DNA from: Octopus sinensis
Taxonomy: Eukaryota
Direction of reading: 5' to 3'
Length of the DNA: 64,000 nucleotides
Assembly: GCF_006345805.1 (NCBI RefSeq)
Contig: NC_042997.1
Location: forward strand, 41,602,001 to 41,666,000
Below, piece by piece: positions 1 to 13,024 of the stretch (position 1 is the first letter of the stretch; every line of letters begins with the position of its first letter). The translations under genes and the position numbers were made by a program. The notes under the pieces are model-generated. The model was not told the origin of the DNA. It ran no database searches and saw only the letters and a list, made by a program, of their open reading frames with translations.

Positions 1-1510
1 GGGAGGGAGAGAGAAAGAGAGCATGAGGTAAGAGAGAGGAAGAAGAGTGACGGAGTGTTATAGAAAAATATATAGAGTAAGGGAGGGGGAGAGAGAGAAA
101 GGAGGGCTGAGAGAGAGAGAGGAAGGGAGGGAGAGAGAAAGAGAGCATGAGGTAAGAGAGAGGAAGAAGAGTGACGGAGTGCTATAGAAAAATATACAGA
201 GTAAGGGAATGGAGAGAGAGAGAAATGAGGGCTGAGAGAGAGAGAGGAAGGGAGGGAGAGAGAGAGAGAGCATGAGGTAAGAGAAAGAAAGTAGAGTGAC
301 GGAGTGATATAGAAAAATATATAGAGTAAGGGAGGGGGAGAGAGAGAAAGGAGGGCTGAGAGAGAGAGAGAGGAAGGGAGGGAAAGAGAAAGAGAGCATG
401 AGGTAAGAGAGAGGAAGAAGAGTGACGGAGTGATTGATGAAATCTATAAGAGTAAGGGAATGGAGAGAGAGAGAAATGAGGGCTGAGAGAGAGAGAGAGA
501 GGAAGGGAGGGAGAGAGAAAGAGAGCATGAGGTAAGAGAGAGGAAGAAGAGTGACGGAGTGATATAGAAAAATATATACCGTAAGGGAATGGAGAGAGAG
601 AGAAATGAGGGCTGAGAGAGAGAGAGAGGAAGGGAGGGAGAGAGAAAGAGAGCATGAGGTAAGAGAGAGGAAGAAGAGTGACGGAGTGATATAGAAAAAT
701 ATATAGAGTAAGGGGGAGGGGGAAAGAGAGAAAGGAGGGCTGAGAGAGAGAGAGAGGAAGGGAGGGAGAGAGAAAGAGAGCATGAGGTAAGAGAGAGAAA
801 GTAGAGTGACGGAGTGATATAGAAAAATATATAGAGTAGGGAGGGGGAGAGAGAGAAATGAGGGCTGGGAGAGAGAGAGAGGAAGAGAGGGAGAGAGAAA
901 GAGAGCATGAGGTAAGAGAGAGAAAGAAGAGTGACGGAGTGATATAGAAAAATATACAGAGTAAGGGAATGGAGAGAGAGAGAAATGAGGGCTGAGAGAG
1001 AGAGAGAGGAAGGGAGGGAGAGAGAAAGAGAGCATGAGGTAAGAGAGAGGAAGAAGAGTGACGGAGTGATATAGAAAAATATATAGAGTAAGGGAATGGA
1101 GAGAGAGAGAAAGGAGGGTTGAGAGAGAGAGAGAGGGAGGGAGGGAGAGAGAAAGAGAGCATGAGGTAAGAGAGAGGAAGAAGAGTGACGGAGTGATATA
1201 GAAAGATGTATAGAGTAAGGGAATGGAGAGAGAGAGAAAGGAGGGCTGAGAGAGAGAGAGAGGAAGGGAGGGAGAGCGAAAGAGAGCATGAGGTAAGAGA
1301 GAGGAAGAAGAGTGACGGAGTGATATAGAAAAATATATAGAGTAAGGGAATGGAGAGAGAGAGAAAGGAGGGCTGAGAGAGAGAGAGAGGAAGGGAGGGA
1401 GAGAGAAAGAGAGCATGAGGTAAGAGAGAGGAAGAAGAGTGACGGAGTGATATAGAAAGATGTATAGAGTAAGGGAATGGAGAGAGAGAGAAAGGAGGGC
1501 TGAGAGAGAG
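1..1510. repeat. Purine-rich minisatellite, ~126-bp unit, ~12 copies (runs off window start)
   Basis: Motif gtgacggagtgatatagaaaaatatatagagtaaggg...gcatgaggtaagagag recurs about every 125-128 bp; the overlapping S/L/P-rich ORFs are artefacts. Confidence 0.95.
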
Positions 1511-3029
1511 AGGGGGATTGAAACAAAATGCTATATGTGTTCAGTGAGGTAGAGATCGGGGGTCGGGGTTAAGACAGAAAACGCGAGAGTGGGGAGGATT
1601 CTGTCATAAATAATGAGATGAGAGAATAGAAAGAGATAGAGAGACAGAGAAAGAGGGAGCGAGAGAGAACGATGAATATATTTGCAAATAGAGGAAGGGT
1701 AGGAGGTAATAAAGAAAATGGGGCGAGTCATGGTGAATTATATAATAAGATGGGAGGAGCGAACGGTAAGGATAATAACTCTTATTACATCCCTTTTTGC
1801 ATGAAACTGTATCTGGTTCTGTTTTGTTAAATAAAATCTGTGAAGATTTCCAAATCTGTTTTAATGTAAATAATTCATTGAAGTGTTTGGAAATTGGCGA
1901 ATATGTTTAGGGAAGAAGAAAGGAGTGTTTCATTGAAATCTTGCGTTTTTTTACTGAGTTCAGTCATTGCACAGCGGCCAGGCTGGGGTTAACTTTTCAG
2001 GAATTTTAATCGAAGGGAGTACTCCAGCATATGTTTGTGTGTGTGAGTGTGCATGCGTGTGTGTACGTGCGTGCATAATACTTCTGTCGGTAACTTTTGC
2101 TAAACGACTAAGTTACAGGGACGTAAACAACCAAACACTGGTCGTGAAGCCATGGGGTTTAGTAAAATGCAAACACACACACGCGCGGACACACGTACAT
2201 AGAGTATGTATGTAATTAATCATTAATTAAATAATGAAATACATCGATCCGGTGTAATAATCAAAGTTTCAGAATTCCTCGTGCCTTTCAGCTGCATTTG
2301 GTTCCAATCTTTCACACTTACATCTCAATACAAATCATAGGTTGGCTGCTGCAGCAACTGAAATCACAAGTCAACGCGCATTCGCGTTTCTTCATCCTTT
2401 TTCCCTTTGTAGATGCGGCCAAGCTTCCATTCGGCGACGCAATACACAGCACTTAGAAGAGGGTCAGACTTAATTCCGCTGTTTAAACAAATTTCGTGCA
2501 AATCGTTCGCTCTGATGACGCGTCAGAGAACGTTGAGGATATTCTCCTAAGCTTGGCCTTGCATCATGCTAGAAATAACAGCCAGGTACCTCATATTGAC
2601 ATTGCTTTTGCTTTTCAGTTTGTTGTCTTTTTATTGCCATCCTGAATGCAGATGGTGAAGTCCATGGAGACACGTTCCTTCTCACGCCATACATGACACC
2701 TTCTTTAAGCTAGAAACAACAGGCAGAGTACCCTCAGCCATATCTTAAATCAATTAGCAATTTTGAAATATATTTCACTTTGAAAAGAAATCACATTCAA
2801 TTTATTTGGTTTGCAGATTTTTTTGTATTCTTTCTTTCAGCGATTGAATACTTAAAACAAAAGATTATCGAGATGGATGTCAGCTGAATTCAAAGAAACG
2901 ATATTACAGCCATAGCGTGAAATATTTCACGCCTCCTTCTGTCCATGAATACATGTGGAGCAGAAAGTCCAACTATCAGAAACATGTATTCGAAGATTTT
3001 ATTTGTTTTATCAATTAAAATTACAGACA

Positions 3030-3430
3030 GGGCTTTACGGTAAGAAAGTTGGTTCCCAATCGTATGGTTCCAGGTTCGATATCACTGCATGGCGCCTTGT
3101 CCGAATGTCTTATGTTATACCTTCGATTCGACCAAAGACTTGTGAGTAGATTTGGTAGACGGAAATTGAAAGATGCTCGTCGTACACACATACACACGTG
3201 TGTGTGTGTGTGTGTGAGTGTCGTTGTGTTTGCGTTTCACAATTATCCACTGCTTCACAAACAGTGTTTGTGTGTTTACGTCCCGTTAGATTAACCGTTT
3301 GGCAAAAGTCATCGGTAGACGGAGTACCATGCGTAAAATACATGAAAAAAAATTACTGGGGTGATTCATTCGATTAAATTTTACAAGCGGTGCCCCAGCT
3401 TGGCCGTAGTCGAATGATTGAATTCAGTAA
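3030..3430 (+). mobile_element. Degenerate tRNA-derived SINE
   Basis: Diverged version of the SINE at 54045-54480 (ggtaagaaagttggttcccaa...ggttcgat, internal (TG)n, ...ggccgtagtcgaatgattgaa tail). Confidence 0.65.
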
Positions 3431-4989
3431 AAATTGACAAAATTGAAATTAAATTCATTTTTAAGAAATTTTTTAAAAATTAATGAAATGGTGTTATACT
3501 TTATCGTTCTTTATGAGAGATTTGGCTGTTGTTTCTAGCATGTGCAGCAGCAACAGTGGTTGTGTGACGATTGCAGAGAAGAGCGAAGTTAAAGAGTAAG
3601 AATCGGAAATTTAAAAGACGAAATGGTCAGATATGAAAGGAAAAACGAATGAGTGACGTGGAGAAATGTTCGATATTTATTGATAATGGATTATAAACAC
3701 TTCGATCTATTATTTACAGTAAATCATGATTGGAAATCTTCACAAACTGCGCCGGAAGACAGATTTTATTGAACACAACAGGAAGTAATAGTTTAAAGGG
3801 AAAAGGGAAAATGGGATTGAATAAGAGTTATTACCCTTACTCTCTCAACTTTGACACCTCCCACAACAACCACTACCTTATATAATATGGTTGACCCCGC
3901 CCATCTTGCTTCCTTTATTACCTCACACCCTTCCTCCATTAGTAAGTATACTCATCGTTCTCAAGCGCTCCCTCACTCTTTCTCTCTCTCTCTATCTCTG
4001 TCCCTTTCTCTTCCCGCCCCTCTCTCACCTCATTATTTATTACAGAATCCTTCTCTTATACATCACTCCCCCTCTCTTATTTTCTCTCTGATCCCAGCCT
4101 CCCTCCCCTACAAAACATATCCTCCCACTTCTCCCTCTTTGTCTCCTTTCTCTCAGAACCTCATTATATATTAATTTTAATCACCGCCCACCTCCCCTGC
4201 AAAAGCGTTCACCTCTTCCTCTCCCTCACTAACTGTATATCTGTCTCTCTCTCTCTCTCTCTCTCTCACGCATTCTGTCTCCCTCCCTCCCACTCTCTGC
4301 TTCCTTATACATTAATATATTCCTCCCCTTCCCTAGGGTTTCTCTCTCTCACTCTTTCTTCCTTTCTTTCTCTCTCTATCTCCCCCACCTCCTTATATCT
4401 TACCTCTCCCTCTTCCTCTCCTTTTATTCCTAAGAAACGTTACTTTCTTACAAATAAATTATATTTTCAGATTTACCTTAAATTTTCTCTCTCGCTAATT
4501 ATTTTACCAGAAGCTAATTATTTAACTAACGATTAATTACATAATTACTGTGTAGTTCTTAATTGAGCAAATTAAATAGCCGAGACATTGACGGACAATT
4601 TAAGAAGCATTTATCCAAAGAATCGTCCTACACGTGGTTTGACATCATGCTAGAAATAACCGCCCACTACATTCAAAGTTGCTTTGTTTTTCATACGAAA
4701 TTGAAAGACAATTTAAGAAGCATTTATAAAACTTTTTCCCGGATCTGGTCAGACTTCTTCCTCGAATGAGAAACAAAGTGAAGTAGCGTCTATAAAACGT
4801 ATTGGTGGTCTGTTATCGTACTATAAGTAACAGCCCACTACACTATACTTTACATCGTTTTTATGAAGGTCACTTTAAGGAGCTTCTAAGGAAATATAGT
4901 CCAATTGGGGATCAAATGTGATGCTAGAAATAACAGCCAAGTATGTTCAAGTTTGGTTTTGTGTTTCATATGAAAATGAAGGACACTTC

Positions 4990-6496
4990 GAAACTCTTCT
5001 CTCTCCTTCCTCATTCTGTATTAATACCTCATCCTTCCCCTCTTCCTTTCTCTAATACATTATAGACTCCCTCTCTAATCACACACATCATTCCCTCTCC
5101 TTCTCTACTCCTCTCCCTACCCCTCTGTCACTTATTTATGTTATTGTTTAACCCCGCCTCCCTCATCCCTTGTTTTCTCTCAACTCTTACTCTCCTCCCT
5201 CACAAAGCATATATCTCATACATCGTCTCTGTTTCCTTCCCCCTCCCTCACTTTTTGTCTCTCTCCCTCCTTCTTTACCACCTCATATCTCATACTATCC
5301 CTCTAGCTCTTTGGTGCTCCGCCTCACGTCACACTCTCCCTCTCTTTCTAAACCTATGTATCATTCTCTCTCTCCCTCCACCTCCTTATATAATATTCTC
5401 TCATTCTCTTACCTCATTCTTTCCCTCCCTTTCTCCTCCCTTTCCATCTCCCTCTCTTTCTCTATGTCTGTCTTTCTCTCTCTTTGCTCTCTCGATTTCT
5501 CTATTTCAGTCGCTCTCTTTCGCCCTCTCGCTTCTTATGTCTCTCTCTGTCTCTGTGTCTCTCTCTTTCTCCCTCTCTCCATCTCCCTCTCTCCGTCTCC
5601 CTCTCTCTATTACCTTATTATATATTAAGGCTCCGCCTTTTTACTCTTTATCTCTCCTCTCATACTCCTCCTCTCTTCTTAACATTTATTTCTCTAATTC
5701 CTCATCCTTCCTCCCCCTCTCTCTCTCCCTCTCCCTCTTTCTTCTCATCATATTTACAGAATTGCGTCGCCTTCCTCTCTATCTCTATCTCATTCTTTCC
5801 TTCTTCCTTTCTTTCTTTCTTTCTTTCCTTTTCGTCTCTTTCTTTCCTTTTCGTCTCTTTCTTTCTGTCTTCCTTTCTTTCTTTCAATTTCCTTTCTTTC
5901 TTTCTTTTTCTTTCTGTCTTTCTTTCTTTTTTCTTTCTTTTTATATTTCTTTTTTCCTTTCTTTCTTTCTCTTTCTTTCTTTCTTTCTTTCTTTCCTCTT
6001 CCTTTCTTTCTTTATTTATTTCTTCTTTCATTTCACTCATTCTCTCTTTGTTTCCTTCTTTCATTTTCGTTATTTCATTTTCTTTCAGTTTTTCATTTCC
6101 ATCTTCTTTCCCTTCATTCTCTTTTCTTTCTTCGCTCTTATCTTTCCTTCTCCTTTGCTTCTTTTCTTTTTCTTCCTTTCTTTTTTCGCCGTTGCTTCGT
6201 TTCCTTTCCTTTTCTCCTTTTTCTCTCTCTCCCCTCGCCCTGCTCTTATCTTTCTCTCTTTCTTTCCTTTTTTTCCTTCTTTCTTCCCTTCATTCTTTCC
6301 ATCTTTCTTTCTTTTTCCTTCTATATCGCCTTCTTTGTTATTTCCTTCTTTTCTTCTTTTCTTCCTTTCTTTCTTTCTTTCCACTTACCTCCTTTCCATT
6401 TTTGATTCATTCTTTCTATATTTCCTTCTTTTCCCTTTCTATCTATGTTTTCTTTCTACCTTTCCTTCTTTCTTTTTCTTTTCTTGCTCCTTTATT

Positions 6497-6534
<38 letters not shown>

Positions 6535-7190
6535 TTTCTTTCTTTCTTTATTTATTTATTTCTTCCGCTCTCATTTCATGTATTATTACAGAATCACGTT
6601 ACTTTTTTCCTTCCCCCCTCTCTTCTATCATTCCTTCTTTTTCTCTTTTCTTTCTTCCTTCTTCTCTCTCTCTCTTTCATTCTTTCTTTCTTTTTACTCT
6701 CTCTCTCTCACTCTCTTTCTTTCCCTTAATCTCATTGTTTCTATCTCTCTCATTCTTTCTTTCTTTTTGTTTCGCTTTACTTACTTTCTTTTTCTTTCTT
6801 TCTTTTTTGTTTCCCTTTACTTACTTTCTTTTTTCTTTCTTTCTTTCTTTCTTTCTTTTTCCTGTCTTTCTTTTATTTTCCTTTCTTTTTTATTTCTTTA
6901 TTTCTTTTTTATTTGTTTATTTCCTTTTCCTTTCTTTCTTTTTGCTTTCTTTCCTTCTTTCTTTCTTTCTTTCTTTCTTTCTTTACTCTTCCTTTCTTTG
7001 TTTTTGCTTTCTTTCGTACTTTCTCTTTCTTTTTTCTTTCTTTCTTTCCTTTTCCTTCTTTCTTTCTTTCTTTCTTTCTTTCTTTCAATTTCCTTTCCTT
7101 CTTTCTTTTTTCTTTCTCTTTTCTTTCTTTCTTGTTTCTTTCTTTCTTTTTTTCTTTCTTTCCATTTTCTTTCTTTCAATTACTTAAACT
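4990..7190. repeat. Polypyrimidine low-complexity tract (CT/CTTT)
   Basis: Near-pure C/T tract with (CTTT)n; the 686-aa and 567-aa F/L/S ORFs are compositional artefacts. Confidence 0.95.
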
Positions 7191-7503
7191 TACCTTGAAT
7201 AGGTCTTTTACATGCCGAATTCTACTTGATGAAATTACTGATTACTTCATAATTAATTAATTTCACCCTTTGTTATTATTGATAATGGTATTTCCTCCCA
7301 GAAAATAACTGTAGCATCTTCCTTTGGCAACGTGCTGGTGGACAGGGGAGAGTGACCTACTCTCATTCACTTTTTGAATTTGGCGGTACTGGCAAGCTAT
7401 TCGTTCTCTCTGATACCGTGAGGTGAAGTGATGGTTCCCAGTGCCTTCAAATTTAATACATGATTATTAATAATTGAGACGCAATTATTTATAGTTGAAG
7501 AAT

Positions 7504-7594
7504 CCTACGCTGATGAGGAAAATAGTCAGCTAGGGTATAATTATTTATTTGTTATGCTCTATACTGTCTTAATTCCGAAACGCGCGTCCGTAGG
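7504..7594 (+). ncRNA. Minimal type-I hammerhead ribozyme
   Basis: CCTACG-CTGATGA-GGAA...TTCC-GAAA-CGCGCG-TC-CGTAGG: stem I CCTACG/CGTAGG, intact core, palindromic stem III ACGCGCGT, GUC site after 7588. Confidence 0.85.
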
Positions 7595-7788
7595 CAACTT
7601 AATATAGAATGATTTTCGTCATTTCTTTCTCTTTTACCTGCGTCGTTTGTTTTTAAGTGCTTTGGTTTTACATGGATCTCCCTTTAAAGTAGAAAGAATA
7701 GCCAAGACATTTGACTGCTATTTCTAAATTCGGTGTGTGGTGAGGCAAATCGTTGCTGAACCCTAATTACTTAGTTACATATATTATA

Positions 7789-7860
<72 letters not shown>

Positions 7861-8117
7861 TTAACAATTAAGGATAACTTTTTAATAAGGAATCTTAACA
7901 AGAAATTATCAGGTAGTTAGCGTGAAAAACCTCATAAAAGAAAAGAATTCGAAAATAATTTTTTTTGTTTTGAACAAATTAATTATATCTATATTGTATA
8001 GAGGGCATTATTACACATAAATGCCACACACTAAGAGGGACAAAGTCATTACTACCAAAATTACACTAATCATACCTAATGCAGTTCTTCAAAGCAAGAC
8101 ATTTAAAAAATGAATTT

Positions 8118-8174
8118 AGTTCTGTATCACCGTGATTTCACATTTAACTTACGTCTATGATCATCAGCAGAACT
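8118..8174 (-). ncRNA. Minimal type-I hammerhead ribozyme
   Basis: Minus strand AGTTCTG-CTGATGA-tCAT...ATGt-GAAA-TCACGGTGA-TA-CAGAACT; 7-bp stem I, AUA site; U.U mismatch at the base of stem II. Confidence 0.75.
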
Positions 8175-8601
8175 GATTCTGAACACATCATAAATAAACC
8201 ACCAACCTTACCTAGCGAAGACGAACAGACATCTATTCACTCCGGCCAAGCACATGGAATGTTTATAAATCATATATTCGGTAAATGGCGGGCTTTTTCG
8301 AACTGCATGTCGGGTAAGAAAAGTATTTCGGAATAAATTATTTTCGAATTCTTTTCTCTTATGAGGTTTTTCACGCTAACTACCTGATAATTTCTTGTTA
8401 AGATTCCTTATTAAGAAGTTATCCTTAATTGTTAAATTTATTCCGAAATACTTTTCTTACCCGACATGCGGTTCGAAAAAAGCCCTCCATTACCGAATAT
8501 ATGATTTATAAACATTCCATGTGCTGGGCTGCCGAGTGAATAGATGTATGTTCGTCTTCGCTAGGTAAGGTTGGTGGTTTATTTATGATGTGTTCAGAAT
8601 C

Positions 8602-8658
8602 AGTTCTGCTGATGATCATAGACGTAAGTTAAATGTAAAATCACGGTGATACAGAACT
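8602..8658 (+). ncRNA. Inverted copy of the 8118-8174 hammerhead with GAAA->AAAA (G12A, probably inactive)
   Basis: AGTTCTG-CTGATGA-TCAT...ATGT-AAAA-TCACGGTGA-TA-CAGAACT; A at 8637 replaces catalytic G12. Confidence 0.7.
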
Positions 8659-8790
8659 AAATTCATTTTTTAAATGTCTTGCTTTGAAGAACTGCATTAG
8701 TATGATTAGTGTAATTTTGGTAGTAATGACTTTGTCCCTCTTAGTGTGTGGCATTTATGTGTAATAATGCCCTCTATACAATATTATATG

Positions 8791-8846
<56 letters not shown>

Positions 8847-10324
8847 GTATATATATATAATAATATATATATATATTATATATATATATATTATAATATA
8901 TATATAAATGTATAATATATATACATCTATATATAATATATATATATATAGTAATCAAACAAGAAAGCACAAAAAAACACCAAACGACGAGGACGTGGAA
9001 CCAAATTTTGGAACCAAATAGTGTTATCGGGACGCTCAGGAAGGAAGGGAAGAAGGAGGGTATAACGTTTCGAGCGGAGCTCTCGTCGGAAACATAGGAG
9101 AAGGGAAGACAGACGAAAATAAATCGCCAACGGTACACACGAGGTCACATTTTGAAATTATATTATATATATTAATATATATATATATATATACACGGAG
9201 AGTCTGAACCAGAACTATGTGGTTGTTAAGTAAAAGTCTTACTTACCACGCAGCACGCCTATATATATATATATATAAATATTAATTATATATTATATGT
9301 ATTATAGTAATATATGTATGTAATTATATATATATATATATATGTGTTGTGTGTGTGTGTGTGTGTATTTATATTGATATATATGTATTTATGTATAATA
9401 TATATAGATATATATAATGATCTATAATATATATATATATATGTATTATATACTTATATATATAATGTATTTATATTTATATATATATATTATTTATATA
9501 TATATATATATATTTTTAATTATATTATGATATATGTATATATATATATTATATATAGATATATTATATAATATATATATATATATGTATTTATTATTTT
9601 ATATATGTATGTATGTATATTATATATATGTGTGTGTGTGTATTTATAATAAGTGTAGGTCGTATACGAGTGGCTATTATATTATAAAAAAGAAGTTTGA
9701 AAACGCCACTATATAAGATAAATTTTAATTTCTTAGAAATTTACATGTTCGGTTCTTCTGATAAAACGAACCTTATCAAAAATATTTTTAAAGTAAAGCG
9801 TGATAAAAAAGTCATAATTGTTCTCACTGGTCTCAAACAGAATCCACGTGGTGGTTTTTTGTGGGGAGTAAGCATCATAGCTGGCTTATATGTTGAATAA
9901 GTTAAGTAAATGACTAGTGGCCGAAATAGCAGTAGCAGCAGTGACTGTCGTCGTAGCAATACATACAATCATATGTGTGACTTTGATGTGTATCTTCGCA
10001 TTTTAATTGTCCGGCGATGCTTGACAAGCGCAGTGAACGTCCATCTCACCTAGCGATGCGGCAAATTCTACCGATAAAATGAGTGTCAAGCTTAGAAATA
10101 GCACGGGTTGATACGTTCGATTAAAAACTTAAAATCGGTTCCAAAGCATGACCCCCATCTCAGAATATGGAAACACATTATGAATACAAACAAAAGATAT
10201 GTACATATACCTGCGGTTAAGCATTTTTATCTATCTATCTATCTATATGTATGTGTGTATGTATGTGTGTATGTATGTATGTATGTATATGTGTGTGTAC
10301 ACGTGCGCCCGCACTTACACACAT

Positions 10325-10482
10325 AAATGAAGGGCTTCTTTCCGTTTCCTTCTACCAAACCAACTCACAAGACTTTGGTCAACCCGAGGCCATGGTAGAG
10401 GACACTTGTCCAAGGTTACACGGTGAGTCTGAACCCAGAACTATGTGGTTGTTAAGCGAAAGTCTTACCACGCAGCCACGCC
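10325..10482 (-). mobile_element. SINE head fragment
   Basis: Reverse complement ggcgtggctgcgtggtaagactttcgcttaacaaccacatagttctgggttcagactc resembles the head at 54045; a shorter piece lies at ~9195-9260. Confidence 0.7.
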
Positions 10483-10504
10483 TATATATATATATATATA
10501 TATA

Positions 10505-11695
10505 CTAGTTGAAGGTGACCCGCTCTACGCGCGGGTAAGAGTGTGGTTGTTACTTTCTGTTGCTTCCTTTCAGAACGTAAAAAGCACCATCCGAACGTGG
10601 GCGATTGCAGCGCCACCTTGACTGGCTTCTGTGCCGGTGGCACGTAAAAAGCACCAACCGATCGTTGCCGCTGCCCGCCCCCCCCCGGCATCTGAGCCGG
10701 CGGCACGAAAAAATCACCCACTACACTCACAGAGTGGTTGGCATTAGGAAGGTCATCCACCTGTAGAAACACTGCCAGGTCAGACTGGAGCCTGGTGCAG
10801 CCTCCTGGCTTCCCAGACCCCTGTCAAACTGTCCAACCCGTGCTAGCATGGAAAACGGACGTTAAACGATGATGATGATGATGATTCACCCTCTTTGTTT
10901 CTCTCTCCTTCCTTTCTCTCTCACGTTCCCACTCTCTTACTTTTCTTTTCTCTCGGACTCTCCCTCGCTTTCTCTTACTCTCTATCTTTATCTCTCTCTC
11001 TCCCATTTATAAACAACAAAAGATCTTGAGTAAGTTGAGAAATAAAATATTTAGAAAGATCAATCATAAATATCAGGCAGTGGCAACGGAAAGGTCTGCT
11101 TCAAGGCAGACAGCAAAACGCTAACATTTAAAAGGGACAGACGAATTTGCGAGCTGAATAAAAATAATAAAATATTGGAAACCAAAGTTTGAAGGGATGA
11201 ATCTGAGGATAGTAGAGTCACCATGGCTGGGAGTTCTTAACGACGGACAGCAACGTTTTGACAGTTAACGGCTGGCGTAAAATTTTGAACTTGATGTAAA
11301 GAAAATTCGTAAACACCAAGTTTTGAAGTGATTCTTTCTCACGACAGTAGACTCACCATGGCAGCATTCAAAACTTCTTCATCATGGACGCAACACATTG
11401 ACGATTAAAAGGCTGGCGCAAATTTTTTAGCTTGATGTAACAGAGATTCCTAAACACTCGCTCCTTTAAATTTTAATCCCTTCCAGCCCCATTTAGACCC
11501 CTTTTCACATTTTGATAATATAACCCGATTTCATTCGGGTCTACTGGGGCCACATTTTATAAGATGAGGAATTTGGCCTAGAGGTCACGCGTTTCATTTG
11601 AGGAAAAAAATAGTTGTCATGCAAACTTGCCAGCACTTTTAACATAGGTGTGCATTATTTAGCTGAACCGACCGACCACATAATGCACACATTAT
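10505..11695 (-). mobile_element. Non-autonomous Helitron-like element (~1.2 kb), inverted twin of 47350-48539
   Basis: Minus-strand 3' end cccgcgcgtagagcgggtcaccttcaaCTAG|T (hairpin then CTAG); body closely matches 47350-48539 in the opposite orientation. Confidence 0.8.
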
Positions 11696-11894
11696 ATATA
11701 TATATAGGTGTTTGTGTGTGTGTGTGTGTGTGTGGTGTGTGTGGTGTGTGTGTGTGTGCGCGCACGTTATATATACAAATTATATATATATATATATGTA
11801 AATTAAATTAGAGATAAAACCACTAATAGTCAAATGAAACAGTAAAAAAACAAAAAGAAAAACATAAAAAGAAAAATATAATATAGAAAATATA

Positions 11895-12290
11895 TCTTTA
11901 TATATAAAAGTGAAGTTGTATGTCTGTCTCCTATGATTTAGATTCCTAACTACTCCCACATTTTGCGGCGCAGTTTAACCAAAACCGAGTATCTTATAGT
12001 CGTGATTCATATCGAGCCCTTCTGTGTATTAGCGCGCGTCTACGATGAGTCTACGATTTTTAAAATAATTTACCATCATTTTTTTCCATTTTAATGCATT
12101 TTTTCGCTATTATATAAGGGAGGTAACTCTCTAAAAATGTCTACGATGAGTCAACGATTTTAAAAAAAATTTACTATCATTTTTTTCCATTTTTAATACA
12201 TTTTTTGCTATTTTTTGGCAATAACTCTCTAAAAGTGCTTATATAGTTATTTCCCTTACAAATCCGAGCAACGCCGGGCGATACTGCTAG
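11895..12290 (+). mobile_element. Non-autonomous Helitron
   Basis: A|TC start at 11895, subterminal hairpin ccgagcaacgccggg, CTAG|T end at 12290; related to 54838-55125. Confidence 0.88.
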
Positions 12291-12936
12291 TAAAATATAA
12301 AATTGAAAAATTTAAATTATTTAAATTTAAAATAAAAATTATTAAATTATATTTATAATTTGTTGAAAAATATATATAACTATCAAAAAGTATTAAAAAG
12401 TTTAATGTACATAAATACAGATATATACACTTTGTATATATACATTATATATACATATTTATATATCGAACACACACACACACATATATATAAATGAACG
12501 CAAGAAATATCTGATTCATAATATTTGTTCTCATGCTCGTGTGTTCGTGGTGGCGATGATAATTCTCTCTATGAATGCAGACAGATACATAAAAGAACAC
12601 CGTCTGACGAACTTATAAAGGGTAAGTGAAAGGGAGTTAGAGGGGAATAGAGGAAATAGTGTGAGTGAGTGAGGAAGACATATACGTAAAAGAACGGAAG
12701 TGGACTTGTCAAAGTGGGGTTTTGGCCCCTAGCAACGACACCTTTTAAAATAGGGATTTCTAAAGTAGCCCACGGGCATCGTCACCTCATTTTACATGTC
12801 CCTTTAAATTTTGGAGTGAATCCGACGGGATGTAGTGGCCTTAAAAGCCATCCAAGCGGTAAAAACGCATTTCAGTTTTATATATAGATATATATATATA
12901 TATTTATCAAAATAAAAACATGATGCAAAGGATTTA

Positions 12937-13024
12937 GCGGTACATATGTTTCTGGCTTTTATTAGACGGTTTATATCAATGCATATTTGATGTAATTTGT
13001 ATGTCAATAGCCTTCTTCAGCCGC
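12937..13024 (-). ncRNA. Minimal type-I hammerhead ribozyme
   Basis: Minus strand GCGG-CTGAAGA-aGGCT...AGCCa-GAAA-CATATG-TA-CCGC; palindromic stem III ACATATGT, GUA site; A.A at the base of stem II. Confidence 0.75.

Larger units (their letters stand above)
7861..8783. repeat. Interleaved inverted duplication A-B-A'-B' (PLE pseudo-LTR-like)
   Basis: ~7861-7960 is the reverse complement of ~8336-8435; ~7991-8337 is the reverse complement of ~8436-8783; flanked by (TA)n; B carries a hammerhead. Confidence 0.9.

Noticed and set aside
2505-2535. CTGATGA followed by hairpin tctgatgacgcgtcaga
   Set aside because: No matching GAAA, stem III or NUH; just a local palindrome.
58-7260. Long ORFs of 326-686 aa
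   Set aside because: They translate minisatellite or polypyrimidine tracts that are open in several frames; no domain signal.
9060-9093. Minus-strand hammerhead-like CCGACGA-GAGC tcc GCTC-GAAACGTT
   Set aside because: U4 changed to C and stem I mismatched; counted only as a relic.
9738-9783. Minus-strand TTGATAA-GGTTC...GAACC-GAACATGTA
   Set aside because: One A of GAAA is missing and stem I is weak; at most a decayed U3-A8 type motif.
12604-12645. CTGACGA-ACTTAT...GTAAGT-GAAA
   Set aside because: Stem II forms but stems I and III do not pair.
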